From positions 1 to 64,000 of the forward strand of contig OZ252251.1 of NCBI GenBank assembly GCA_965249725.1: 64,000 nt of DNA. The letters run 5' to 3'. Below are positions 19,041 through 28,253 of the stretch, in pieces. The DNA is from Longimicrobiales bacterium. GTDB taxonomy: Bacteria; Gemmatimonadota; Gemmatimonadetes; Longimicrobiales; Gaopeijiaceae. Both the position numbers and the translations under genes were made by a program. Every line of letters begins with the position of its first letter. Position 1 is the first letter of the stretch. A model generated the notes under the pieces. The model searched no databases. It worked only from the letters and a program-made list of their open reading frames with translations, and was not told where the DNA came from.

Positions 19041-21356
19041 ATGGTGCGGACGCAGAGTAGGAATCAGGCACATACGCTCATGCTCGCTCTGGGACTGCTC
19101 GCCGCCGGCCTGCCCCTCGCGGGACAGGAGGCCCCCAGCGCAAATAGCGACGCCCAAGATGTCGATCTCATCGCACTCCGACTCGGAAGTGGCGAAGAGA
19201 TCGACTTGGATGGGCGCCTCGACGACGACGCCTGGCAGCGAGCCATCCCCATCACCGATTTCACCACCCAGGAGCCCGTCGAGGGTGGAACGCCGTCCGA
19301 GCGAACCGAAATCCGCGTCGTTTATGACGAAGACGCGATCTACATCGGTGCTATGCTCTACGACGATCCGTCGGGGATTCTCGCGTTCCAGAAGCGACGG
19401 GACGGCTTCTTGAGTGCCGACGACAGGTTCCAGTGGATCCTCGACACGTTCCAGGACGGCCGCACCGGCTACTACTTCGAAACCAATCCTGCCGGCGTGA
19501 TGGGCGACGGCCTGATCTCTGGAGGAGGAGGAGGAGGAGGAGGAGGAGGAGGCGGCGGTGGCGGCGGTGGCGGCGGCAGGGCGTGGGACGGTATCTGGCA
19601 GGTCGAGACCTTCATCCACGCCGACGGCTGGTCGCTGGAGATCCGGATCCCCTTCCGCACCCTGAACTTCGATCCGGCTTCGGACACCTGGGGAATCAAC
19701 TTCCAGCGCACGATCAAACGTAGGAATGAAGAGATCCTGTGGCGCGGGTATCGGCGCAATCAGAACCACCGCCAGCCGGTGCATGCCGGCCGGCTCACAG
19801 GCCTCCGGGGCATGTCTCAGGGGATCGGGCTCGAAGCCGTCCCTTACGCCGTAACAAACTGGAAGAACGTGCCCGCGGAAGCCGACCCGACCACCTATCC
19901 GAGCGACATCGGCCTCGACGTCAACTACAACCTCACACCGAGCCTGCGAGCCGGAGTGAGTGTGAACACCGACTTCGCCGAGGCTGAGGTCGATCAGCGA
20001 CGCCTCAACCTGACACGCTTTCCCCTCCGCTTCCCCGAACAGCGTGACTTCTTTCTCGAGGGATCCGGAGTCTACAACTTCGCGCCCAGCAACGGCGCCG
20101 ACCCCTACTTCAGCCGTCGCATCGGGCTGCTGGAGGGAGAGCAGATCCCGATCAATTACGCGGCGCGTCTCGGTGGCCAGGCGGGCCGATACGAGCTCGG
20201 GTTCACACATGTGAACACCGCCGAGCTCGAGTCCGCCGATGTGGACGGCGGGACCTTCGCCGGCGAGAACTTCACGGTAGCCCGTGTGAAGCGGGGGATC
20301 TTCGAGCAGTCGACCATCGGTGCCATCTACACCCGGCGATCGACGGGTGCGGACCCACTTGATCCGACGGCGCTGGCCCCCAGGGACCGGCACACGGTGG
20401 GGGCGGACCTCTACTACACGACGGCCAGGCTCTTCGGTGACAAGAACTTCACCTTTCAGGCGTTCGCCGCCTGGAATTCGAATCCGGATCGCGACGTCCA
20501 ACGTTCAAACTCGGATTTGTCGGCCCGTGGATTTCGGGTCAACTATCCCAACGACATCTGGTCGGCACACGTCTCGTACCGGGAGTTCGGAGACGACTAC
20601 AGCCCCGCGGTGGGATTCGTGACGCGGAACGGCTTTCGGCGGGTCGAGCCCAAGGTCGGTTGGAGTCCGAGGCCCGACATCGACTGGATTCGTCAATTCG
20701 ACTTCTCGGTGCAGTTCCGGCACCTCGAGAACATCGACAGCGGAATCAACGAGGAACAGCAGTGGCAGATCAAGGTCCTCGGAATCGACCTGGAAAGTCA
20801 GGACAACTTCGACCTCAACTTACAACGCCAGGTCGAATTCCTGGACGAAGAGTTCGAGATCAGTGACGGCATCTTCATCGATCAAGGGAACTACGCGAAC
20901 TGGGAGTGGTCGCTCATGGCGCGCACGGCCAGCCGACGCGTCCTCGCCGGTAACATCGAGGTTCGCCGGGGCGGCTTCTGGAGCGGCGACCGGACGCAGT
21001 TCGAGGTGGGCGTCGACCTGCGAGCTTCGCCGGGAGTGCTGATATCGGCCGACGTCGAGACCAATCAAGTGGACCTACCTCAGGGGTCCTTCGACGCGAA
21101 CCTCTTCAGGGTGGCCGGAGAGTGGAGCGTCACGCCTCTGGCATCGATCATGGGCAACATCCAGTACGACGATGTGTCCGAGGTGATCGGGCTCTTCATG
21201 CGGACCCGGTGGATTCTGACGCCCGGGAACGAGCTCTTTTTGGTCTTCACCCAGAACTGGCAAAACCTGGGAGAGGGGCTGTTCGACGACGACCGCGAGT
21301 TCATGACCCTTTCTCGTGGTGCGAGCGTGAAAGCGAACTATACGTATCGGTTCTAG
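19041..21356 (+). CDS. DUF5916-family outer-membrane protein with N-terminal CBM9-like domain
   Basis: Signal peptide, IDLDGRLDDDAW, WSLEIRIPFRTL, NTDFAEAEVD..NLTRFPLRFPEQRDFFLEG, C-terminal YTYRF. Confidence 0.85.
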   Translation: MVRTQSRNQAHTLMLALGLLAAGLPLAGQEAPSANSDAQDVDLIALRLGSGEEIDLDGRLDDDAWQRAIPITDFTTQEPVEGGTPSERTEIRVVYDEDAIYIGAMLYDDPSGILAFQKRRDGFLSADDRFQWILDTFQDGRTGYYFETNPAGVMGDGLISGGGGGGGGGGGGGGGGGGGRAWDGIWQVETFIHADGWSLEIRIPFRTLNFDPASDTWGINFQRTIKRRNEEILWRGYRRNQNHRQPVHAGRLTGLRGMSQGIGLEAVPYAVTNWKNVPAEADPTTYPSDIGLDVNYNLTPSLRAGVSVNTDFAEAEVDQRRLNLTRFPLRFPEQRDFFLEGSGVYNFAPSNGADPYFSRRIGLLEGEQIPINYAARLGGQAGRYELGFTHVNTAELESADVDGGTFAGENFTVARVKRGIFEQSTIGAIYTRRSTGADPLDPTALAPRDRHTVGADLYYTTARLFGDKNFTFQAFAAWNSNPDRDVQRSNSDLSARGFRVNYPNDIWSAHVSYREFGDDYSPAVGFVTRNGFRRVEPKVGWSPRPDIDWIRQFDFSVQFRHLENIDSGINEEQQWQIKVLGIDLESQDNFDLNLQRQVEFLDEEFEISDGIFIDQGNYANWEWSLMARTASRRVLAGNIEVRRGGFWSGDRTQFEVGVDLRASPGVLISADVETNQVDLPQGSFDANLFRVAGEWSVTPLASIMGNIQYDDVSEVIGLFMRTRWILTPGNELFLVFTQNWQNLGEGLFDDDREFMTLSRGASVKANYTYRF
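19521..19577 (+). repeat. (GGA)10 plus GGY codons encoding a 19-residue poly-Gly tract
   Basis: Seen directly in the sequence. Confidence 0.95.
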
Positions 21357-21391
21357 GTAGAACGAAGGACCGACGGCAACGCACCGGAGAA

Positions 21392-21451
21392 GCACGGCGC
21401 CACGTACCCGGCGCCGGATGTGCACGGCGCCATACAGCCGGCGCCGGATGT
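21392..21451. repeat. 30-bp tandem duplication (26/30 identical)
   Basis: gcacggcgccacgtacccggcgccggatgt / gcacggcgccatacagccggcgccggatgt. Confidence 0.85.
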
Positions 21452-21512
21452 GAAACCGGTGCTCCGGGTTGTCCGTAGGGCACCACACGTCCGGACGAAC
21501 CGCGTCACGGGC

Positions 21513-21547
21513 CGAGCTGGAAGAGCATTTCGAGCTGGAAGAGCATT
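21513..21547. repeat. 18-bp-period tandem duplication
   Basis: cgagctggaagagcatt occurs twice. Confidence 0.85.
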
Positions 21548-21564
21548 AGGGGAGGGACGAACGG

Positions 21565-21771
21565 ATGAGAGCGCTTGCGCCGGTCGCACTGACAGGACTC
21601 GCGGGTCTGATCTTGCTGGAGATCCTCAAGATCATCATGGAGCCCGTGGTCGTGTGGCTTCTGGCGGTTCTCGCCCTAGGTCTCAAGATCTCCTTGGGTC
21701 TGATCGCCGTGGGCGTCGCGATCTACTTCGCCCGGCGCTACTACATGTCCCAAAAAGCTGCAGAAGCCTGA
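21565..21771 (+). CDS. Small membrane protein
   Basis: GGAGG RBS, strongly hydrophobic 68-aa ORF. Confidence 0.7.
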   Translation: MRALAPVALTGLAGLILLEILKIIMEPVVVWLLAVLALGLKISLGLIAVGVAIYFARRYYMSQKAAEA

Positions 21772-21778
21772 TCCCGAC

Positions 21779-22165
21779 CTAGCGCCTCAGCGCGAGCGTA
21801 CAGACGAATTGGTTGTCCACCGTCTGTTCGATGAGATGAACGAAGAGAGACACCGACTGTTCATGCTCTCCGGGAGTCACCTCAAGGGGCCGCCCGACGC
21901 AGTCCTCCGACCGTAGCTCCACCACGTGCGTGCCCTTTTCGACGCGTATCCCGTTGATCGGCTGACGCCGCAACATCTGTAGCGTGTCCACTACCTCGCC
22001 GTCGAGTAGGACCTCCGCCCCGAAGGCCTCGGGGATCGCGAAAGTGAAGTCGATCCGGACGATATAGCCACGGCCTCCGAAAGCGCTGTAGAACATGATG
22101 ACAAGCACAACCGCGAGCACCATCCACGCGGCCCGCCAACGAAGCCCCCTCATATAGTCGGCCAC
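21779..22165 (-). CDS. Hypothetical membrane-anchored protein (PEGA-like beta domain)
   Basis: N-terminal TM; GAEVLLDGEVV and GTHVVEL motifs. Confidence 0.6.
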   Translation of the reverse strand: MADYMRGLRWRAAWMVLAVVLVIMFYSAFGGRGYIVRIDFTFAIPEAFGAEVLLDGEVVDTLQMLRRQPINGIRVEKGTHVVELRSEDCVGRPLEVTPGEHEQSVSLFVHLIEQTVDNQFVCTLALRR

Positions 22166-22226
22166 TACGCACTCCCGGTGTCGGTCATAGGCAGAGAATC
22201 AGGGGCGGAGAATCAGGGGCGGCGGC

Positions 22227-22910
22227 TCACGGATTCGGACACGCCCAAGTTACGATCCGTACGTCCCCATCCGCATCACCGCAGTATCTCCGGGAATACC
22301 GCGTCGCCGCGCCGACGTCCATGAACGCCTCCAGGCAAGGCTCCTCTCCCGACGCGGCGCACCGGACCGTGTCGAGGGGGCCGGCACTGAACCACCCTTC
22401 CCCGCCGGACATCGGAGTGCAGTCGAAGTCGATAGTGACGGTCTCGGGCCGCTCCTTACTGATGCGATAGTCGCCTTCGACAGGGGCCAACCCTGGGTCC
22501 CACTCACGGATGTCGGTCTCCTCGAACTCACGCAGCGCGTCGTCTGCCGGAATGGGAACACCTAGGTCGTCACCAAGGAGCGGGATTCGCCACAGGCCGG
22601 AGCTCACCGAGATGTGGGCCGCCAACATGACGTTCACCCGGCCCCGAGAGTCGTAGTCGACGAAGACCCGCTGCACTCCCTGGGATACGTATGCCAGTGG
22701 CGGCTCCGACACGGGCGACGCAATCCGCACGGCGTTCTGGGACCACGGGAGAAGGATGGGTCGGTCGATCAGCGCCCCATCGGAGGCCGACCCACTTCGG
22801 GATCGCATCGCCTGATCCGGCCCGCATCCGAGGACGGGAAGGGTCGGAGCCACGAGACCGGCGGCCGCCGCATGCCGCAGAAATGCTCGGCGGTCGTACC
22901 GTTTGGCCAT
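22227..22910 (-). CDS. Hypothetical Tat-exported Cys-rich (lipo)protein
   Basis: MAKRYDRRAFLRHAAAAG...VLGC; five Cys in the C-terminal region. Confidence 0.65.
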   Translation of the reverse strand: MAKRYDRRAFLRHAAAAGLVAPTLPVLGCGPDQAMRSRSGSASDGALIDRPILLPWSQNAVRIASPVSEPPLAYVSQGVQRVFVDYDSRGRVNVMLAAHISVSSGLWRIPLLGDDLGVPIPADDALREFEETDIREWDPGLAPVEGDYRISKERPETVTIDFDCTPMSGGEGWFSAGPLDTVRCAASGEEPCLEAFMDVGAATRYSRRYCGDADGDVRIVTWACPNP

Positions 22911-23026
22911 GGGAATCTCCTGAACAGATGCGAAGTGGAGCACCACACGCTACCGGTCTGCACCGGCTCCGGCCAGGATCTCCGGGGAGACTCGCTCTCG
23001 GATCGTCACCCGCGTATCGTCACGGC

Positions 23027-24430
23027 ATGACGGACATCCTGGACAGACCGCTCGCTCAGATCGCGGCAGCTCTACGCGACAAGACGGTCTCCTCAAGCGA
23101 GTTGACGGAAGAGGCCATAAGGCGGCACGAGGCGACCGACTCGAGCAATCACGCGTACAAGCAGTTCGACCCCGAGGGTGCACGGGAGATGGCGCGTCGA
23201 GCGGACGAGCGACTCGCCACGGAGTCGGACCCACCACCCTTCTGCGGCATTCCCGTCTCCGTGAAGGATCTGTACGGGGTCGAAGGGCTGCCGACCTTCG
23301 CCGGGACCGCCCGTCGACTTCCGCCGGAATGGGAGACCGACGCGTGGTTGGTGGCCAGACTCCGGGATCAGGGCGCCGTTTTCATGGGCAAGACCCACAC
23401 CGTCGAGCTGGCCTACGGCGCCGTGGGCATCAACCCTCATTGGGATACTCCCAGGAACCCTTGGGACGCCACCCTCCATCGCATTCCCGGCGGGTCATCG
23501 TGCGGAGCCGGAGTCAGCCTGTGGGCGGGCTCGGCGGTGTTGGCCCTCGGGTCCGACACCGGCGGTTCCGTCCGCATTCCGGCCTCGCTGACGGGGACCG
23601 TAGGCCACAGGACCACCTTCGGCCGCTGGCCGACGACGGGCGTCGTGCCCCTCAGTAGCACGCTCGACACGGTAGGTGGACTCACGCGCTCTGCGGAGGA
23701 TAGTGCGTTCTTCTTCGGGGCCGTCGATCCCGCATGGGGAGAACCGCAAGAGCTTCTCGAGCACCTCGGGCAAGCAACCCCCTGTTCTATCCGCATCGCG
23801 ATGCCTCGATGTGCGGTCTGGTCGGACTGTCAGCCGGACATCACGGTCGTCCTGCGTGGGGCGCTGGACGACCTTGGTTCATCCCGCTGGGAAACGGTCG
23901 ACACAGAAGGAAGCCTGCTCGACGAAGCCGGTGACCTGTACCTGACCGGCAGCATCGGCGGGGCCGAGTGCGTGGCGTTTCTGAAGCGAGACCTGCCCGG
24001 TTGGCTGGAGATTCTCGATCCGACCGTGGGTGAGCGGTTGGCAGGCTCGCCGGCTCTGGACTCCGCAGAATACACCAGGTCCATCGCCGCTCTGGAGGGG
24101 ATGGTGGCCCGAGCTGGCAGCTTGTTCGAGAAGGCGGACCTTCTGGTGCTGCCGACAGCCATCATCACGCCCCCCGTCGTGTCGGACCTCGACGACCTGG
24201 ACCGGTACAACAAGACGAACAGGGCCACGCTCCGACCTACGAGTCCTGCCAGCATGCTCGGACTGTGCGCCGTGACCCTGCCCGTGGGCCTCGACGCCGC
24301 CGGAATGCCGGTCGGTCTTCAGCTTTTGGCCCCGGGCGGGCAGGACGAGCTACTGCTCGGAGCGGCCTTGGCGGCCGAGAGGGTGTTGGGCACTGCCCGC
24401 CAACGTCTGGGCGTCCCGCCACGCGGTTGA
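23027..24430 (+). CDS. Amidase signature family protein
   Basis: PVSVKD, PGGSSCG, GSDTGGSVRIPA (Lys-cisSer-Ser); start ATG 23027. Confidence 0.92.
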   Translation: MTDILDRPLAQIAAALRDKTVSSSELTEEAIRRHEATDSSNHAYKQFDPEGAREMARRADERLATESDPPPFCGIPVSVKDLYGVEGLPTFAGTARRLPPEWETDAWLVARLRDQGAVFMGKTHTVELAYGAVGINPHWDTPRNPWDATLHRIPGGSSCGAGVSLWAGSAVLALGSDTGGSVRIPASLTGTVGHRTTFGRWPTTGVVPLSSTLDTVGGLTRSAEDSAFFFGAVDPAWGEPQELLEHLGQATPCSIRIAMPRCAVWSDCQPDITVVLRGALDDLGSSRWETVDTEGSLLDEAGDLYLTGSIGGAECVAFLKRDLPGWLEILDPTVGERLAGSPALDSAEYTRSIAALEGMVARAGSLFEKADLLVLPTAIITPPVVSDLDDLDRYNKTNRATLRPTSPASMLGLCAVTLPVGLDAAGMPVGLQLLAPGGQDELLLGAALAAERVLGTARQRLGVPPRG

Positions 24431-24493
24431 ACCGAATCGGTTGGGGCTCTATCGTGCCCCCCCCTTCCGATCCGAGTCTTCAGAGAGCCTGTA

Positions 24494-25675
24494 ATGAACG
24501 AGTGGAAGCGTCAGACCCAAGCCATCCGCACCCAGGCCGAAGCGTCGTCCCACCGGGAGCATTCAGTACCGATGTTCCTCACCTCGAGCTTCGTCTTCGA
24601 CGACAGCGAGGAGATGCGTGCGGCCTTCGCCGGCGATATCAAGCGGAACATCTACAGCCGGTTCACAAACCCGAACGTAGCCGAACTCGCCGAGAAGATC
24701 CGCCTGATGGAAGGGGCCGAGGCGGGACACGCCACCGCCACCGGCATGGCCGCGGTATTCGCCACCCTGGGAGCGTTGTGTTCATCGGGTGATCACATTT
24801 TGGCGTGCCGTTCCCTGTTCGGATCCACACATACGATACTGACCAAAATCCTGCCCCGATGGGGGATCACGCATACGTATGTAGACGCGGCGGACGAGGA
24901 CGGCTGGCGCGATGGCATCAAGGACAACACGCGCCTGATCTTCCTCGAGACGCCTACCAATCCCGCGGTGGACCTGATCGATCTCGAGTTTCTCGGGAGC
25001 CTCGCAGCTGAAAAGGACGTGATCCTGGTCGTGGACAACTGCTTTGCCACCCCTGTCCTCCAACGTCCCCTGGAGTTGGGCGCACACATCTCCCTGCACT
25101 CGGCCACGAAGTACATCGACGGCCAGGGCCGGGTGATGGGAGGCGTGGTCGTCGGTCCCGAGGATTTCATCCAGCAGATCTACGATTTCGCCCGGGCTAC
25201 CGGACCAGCCCTGTCACCGTTCAACGCGTGGGTCCTCTCCAAGAGCGTCGAGACACTCGAACTCCGCATGGAGAAGCACTCCAGCAACGCGATGGAACTA
25301 GCTCAGTGGCTCGAGAGCCACCCGGCCGCAGGATCTGTTCGGTACCCGTTCCTACCCTCCCATCCGCAGCACGAGATAGCCAAGCGTCAGATGTCGGCAG
25401 GCGGCGGTGTGGTCACCTTCACGCTCGAAGGCGGGCTGGAGCACGGCAAGCGCTTCATGGACGCGATCGAGATGTGCTCGCTCACCGCGAACCTCGGTGA
25501 CACGAGAACGATCGTCAGTCATCCATCGTCCACCACGCACGCTAAGCTCACGGAGGAGGAGCGACAAGCGGTGGGCATTACGCCCGGGCTGATCCGGATA
25601 TCCGTGGGGTTGGAGGACATGCGCGACGTCATCCACGATGTCGAGCAGGCGCTGGAGAAGGCCACGGCGCCCTAG
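24494..25675 (+). CDS. metZ: O-succinylhomoserine sulfhydrylase (Cys/Met metabolism PLP enzyme)
   Basis: YSRFTNP, LETPTNP, VDNCFATP, HSATKYIDGQGR, NLGDTRT, LIRISVGLE. Confidence 0.88.
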   Translation: MNEWKRQTQAIRTQAEASSHREHSVPMFLTSSFVFDDSEEMRAAFAGDIKRNIYSRFTNPNVAELAEKIRLMEGAEAGHATATGMAAVFATLGALCSSGDHILACRSLFGSTHTILTKILPRWGITHTYVDAADEDGWRDGIKDNTRLIFLETPTNPAVDLIDLEFLGSLAAEKDVILVVDNCFATPVLQRPLELGAHISLHSATKYIDGQGRVMGGVVVGPEDFIQQIYDFARATGPALSPFNAWVLSKSVETLELRMEKHSSNAMELAQWLESHPAAGSVRYPFLPSHPQHEIAKRQMSAGGGVVTFTLEGGLEHGKRFMDAIEMCSLTANLGDTRTIVSHPSSTTHAKLTEEERQAVGITPGLIRISVGLEDMRDVIHDVEQALEKATAP

Positions 25676-25888
25676 CCGGGTTCGGGGGAGGGCGCCGACG
25701 CATCGTATTACGGATACGGATGGCGGGTCGCGGAAGGCGCGTTCGGCCACGGTGGCTCGGACGGCACCAATGCGTGGGTCGATCCGGAGCGGGGGATCAT
25801 CGGGTTGGTGTTCACGCAGACGCCGCGGGGGCCCAATCCGCTCGACCGGTTCAGAGAACTGGTGAACCTCTCGATCGAGGAACACTAG
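25676..25888 (+). pseudogene. Orphan C-terminal fragment of a beta-lactamase-family serine hydrolase
   Basis: No start codon; YYGYGW...AFGHGGSDGTNAWVDPERGIIGLVFTQTPRG...*. Confidence 0.78.
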
Positions 25889-25948
25889 GGCTTCGCGACG
25901 AGCGAAGAACGCAGCGCGTTCTACATGGGGATGGGATTCGCCTACTAG
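25889..25948 (+). pseudogene. Possible orphan C-terminus of an outer-membrane beta-barrel gene
   Basis: GFATSEERSAFYMGMGFAY*: alternating hydrophobic beta-signal ending in an aromatic residue. Confidence 0.4.
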
Positions 25949-25950
25949 AC

Positions 25951-27024
25951 TCATCCCTCACTCCCCTGGCCGGCCAGGGCCCATGCCGCATGCTCCCGAA
26001 CCGTCGGGTCCGGATCCTCCAGGGCTCGCCGAAGCACCGGCGACGCCTCATCCGCCCCCCAGTTCCCCAGCGCCACACACACGTTGCGCAACAGGCCGCC
26101 CCTACGCGCGCGCTTCATCGGTGAGCCCCGGAACATCTCCCGGAAGCCCTCGTCGTCCACCAACAACAGCCGCTCGGCAAGCTCGATGAGCGTCGGCCCA
26201 TCCAGCCCTTCCCTTGCCCGGTACGCCGGCTCGCCACTCGGCTCCGCGAACTTCTCGTTCCACGGGCACACCTCCTGACAGATGTCGCACCCGTAGACAC
26301 GATTCCCCATGAGCGGCCGGAGCTCGACGGGTATGGAGCCGCGGTGCTCGATGGTCAGATAAGAGATGCACCGGCGGGCGTCCATGATGGGCGCGCCGTC
26401 CGACCCGCGTCCCAGAAGGGCTCCCGTCGGGCAAGCGTCGAGGCAGCTCCGACAGGTCCCGCAGTGATCTTCCTCGAAGGGCTCGTCGTGCTCGATGGCG
26501 AGATCGAGAAGCAGGGTCCCGAGAAAGAAGTACGAGCCCCGCTTGGGGTTGATGAGCATCGTGTTCTTCCCGAACCAGCCCAGACCGGCCCGCATGGCGA
26601 GCTCGCGCTCCAGAATGGGCCCGGTGTCCACATACGCCCGGCCGACCACGGATTCGCCAACGTGGGACTCGATCCACCGGTGGAGCTTCAGCAGCCTCTT
26701 CTTGATGACGTTGTGGTAGTCCCGGCCCCGCGCGTAGCGGGCTACCACAGCCATGGCGGGGTCGTCCGCCGTGGCTGGCGAGTCCCCCTGGTAGTAGTCG
26801 TGGCCAACCACCACCGCGGTCTTCAAGGAGGGTAGCGTCCGCTCGAGGTCGGCCCGACGATCCACGGCATCTTCTCGGGACAAATACCCCATGTCCCCAT
26901 GCGCCCCTGATGAGATCCAAGCACGATACGCGTCCATGTGTGCGCTCGGTTCCACCGAGGCGAGCCCCACCAGGTCGAATCCGAGACCCCGAGCCTGTTC
27001 CTTGATCTCGGCGGCGAGCGTCAT
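25951..27024 (-). CDS. queG: tRNA epoxyqueuosine(34) reductase
   Basis: ARYARGRDYH, VDTGPILERE, GWFGKN, CGTCRSCLDACPT, YGCDICQEVCPWN, HEAT-like tail. Confidence 0.96.
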   Translation of the reverse strand: MTLAAEIKEQARGLGFDLVGLASVEPSAHMDAYRAWISSGAHGDMGYLSREDAVDRRADLERTLPSLKTAVVVGHDYYQGDSPATADDPAMAVVARYARGRDYHNVIKKRLLKLHRWIESHVGESVVGRAYVDTGPILERELAMRAGLGWFGKNTMLINPKRGSYFFLGTLLLDLAIEHDEPFEEDHCGTCRSCLDACPTGALLGRGSDGAPIMDARRCISYLTIEHRGSIPVELRPLMGNRVYGCDICQEVCPWNEKFAEPSGEPAYRAREGLDGPTLIELAERLLLVDDEGFREMFRGSPMKRARRGGLLRNVCVALGNWGADEASPVLRRALEDPDPTVREHAAWALAGQGSEG

Positions 27025-28163
27025 GTCCCGTACTCCCGGCCCTTCCACTCGATGCGGCTACCACGGATCCAACTCCGCACGAAGATGAACGCCCCCACGG
27101 CGGCCCCCAGCGGATAGAGGAGTCCGTACCACGGCGGAGCATCGAGTTTCACCAGGGCCGCCGCCCAGAAGACCGCGCTGGCTCCCGTGACCGAGAGGGC
27201 CCAAATCGCCCAACCGGCCGACACGATCCCGGAAAGCCCCAGAAGAGCCAACCCCGGCGGCACGATCCACAGAGTCACGCCACTGAAGAGCGAGACCCAC
27301 ATCACCGGTGTCCTGGCCCAGGGCCTGAGCGACTGCCGTGCCCCGGCCGACATGTTCTTGGACCAGCCCTCGACCAGCTCACCGAGGGATCGATACATAC
27401 GCGTGGCGAAAACGGTCGCGCCCTCTCGAACCGTGAGCTTCTTTCCGGACCGACACAGGAGCTGGGCCAGGCGCTGATCGTCCACGACCTCGTTCCACAC
27501 GGCCTCGTGCCCTCCCAGCTCTTCGTAGACCGACCTTCGGAACAAGATGTACTGACCATTTGCGATGGCGCCTCGCCATCCCTTCGGCTCGCAGGGACAT
27601 CTCATGTTGGAGTAGCGCAGGAACATGGGAACCACGATTTGCGGCTGTATCAATCGCTCCCAGAACGTCTCCATGAGCTGACGCCCCATCACGGTCAACG
27701 CATCGGCCGCGTCTTCGTCCAAGCCCGCCACGGTCATCGACATCAACTTGGGGGAGTGGATCGTATCCGCGTCGGTGAAGAGCAGCAGCTCACCCTGTGC
27801 CTTCTCCGCACCCTGCACGCACGCCCACGGCTTGCCGAACCACCCCCCGGGCAGCTCGGCACCATCGACTACTACCACTCTTCGGGCCCGGTTCGGCGGC
27901 ACCGCCCGCGCCATTTGGGCTGTGCCGTCGACGCTTCGATCATCTACGACGATGACCTCGAAAGCCGGATAGTCCGACGCGCAGATGGACTCCACGCAGT
28001 CGCCGATGCTGCGTTCCTCGTTCCGGGCTGGAACGATCACGCTCACCAAGGGAACGTCCCCGTCCGGCGCTCCCACCTCGACGAGCGGGCGCGGCAAGCG
28101 CACCCGGATCGCGATGTAGACGATCAGGATGATCCAGGGTGCGGAGGCGTAGACGAAGGGCAC
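27021..28163 (-). CDS. Family 2 glycosyltransferase (CrtQ/HpnB-like lipid/carotenoid GT)
   Basis: VSVIVPARNEE, VDDRSVD, GWFGKPWAC, FTDAD, ANGQY, RMY, C-terminal TMs, WKGR. Confidence 0.88.
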   Translation of the reverse strand: MPFVYASAPWIILIVYIAIRVRLPRPLVEVGAPDGDVPLVSVIVPARNEERSIGDCVESICASDYPAFEVIVVDDRSVDGTAQMARAVPPNRARRVVVVDGAELPGGWFGKPWACVQGAEKAQGELLLFTDADTIHSPKLMSMTVAGLDEDAADALTVMGRQLMETFWERLIQPQIVVPMFLRYSNMRCPCEPKGWRGAIANGQYILFRRSVYEELGGHEAVWNEVVDDQRLAQLLCRSGKKLTVREGATVFATRMYRSLGELVEGWSKNMSAGARQSLRPWARTPVMWVSLFSGVTLWIVPPGLALLGLSGIVSAGWAIWALSVTGASAVFWAAALVKLDAPPWYGLLYPLGAAVGAFIFVRSWIRGSRIEWKGREYGT

Positions 28164-28253
28164 GGGCGTTGATCCAGGATGCCGGAAGTGGTAGACCTAT
28201 CCTTTCGTACGCCGACTCCCACAGCAAGACCGGAAGGACCCAGAGGCCTGCTC

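Noticed and set aside
21380..21550. Repeats resembling a mini-CRISPR array
   Set aside because: Only two adjacent copies of each unit, no spacers and no cas genes.
25673..25675. Pyrrolysine or amber recoding of metZ
   Set aside because: MetZ is complete at this stop, many genes here end in TAG, and no pyl genes are visible.
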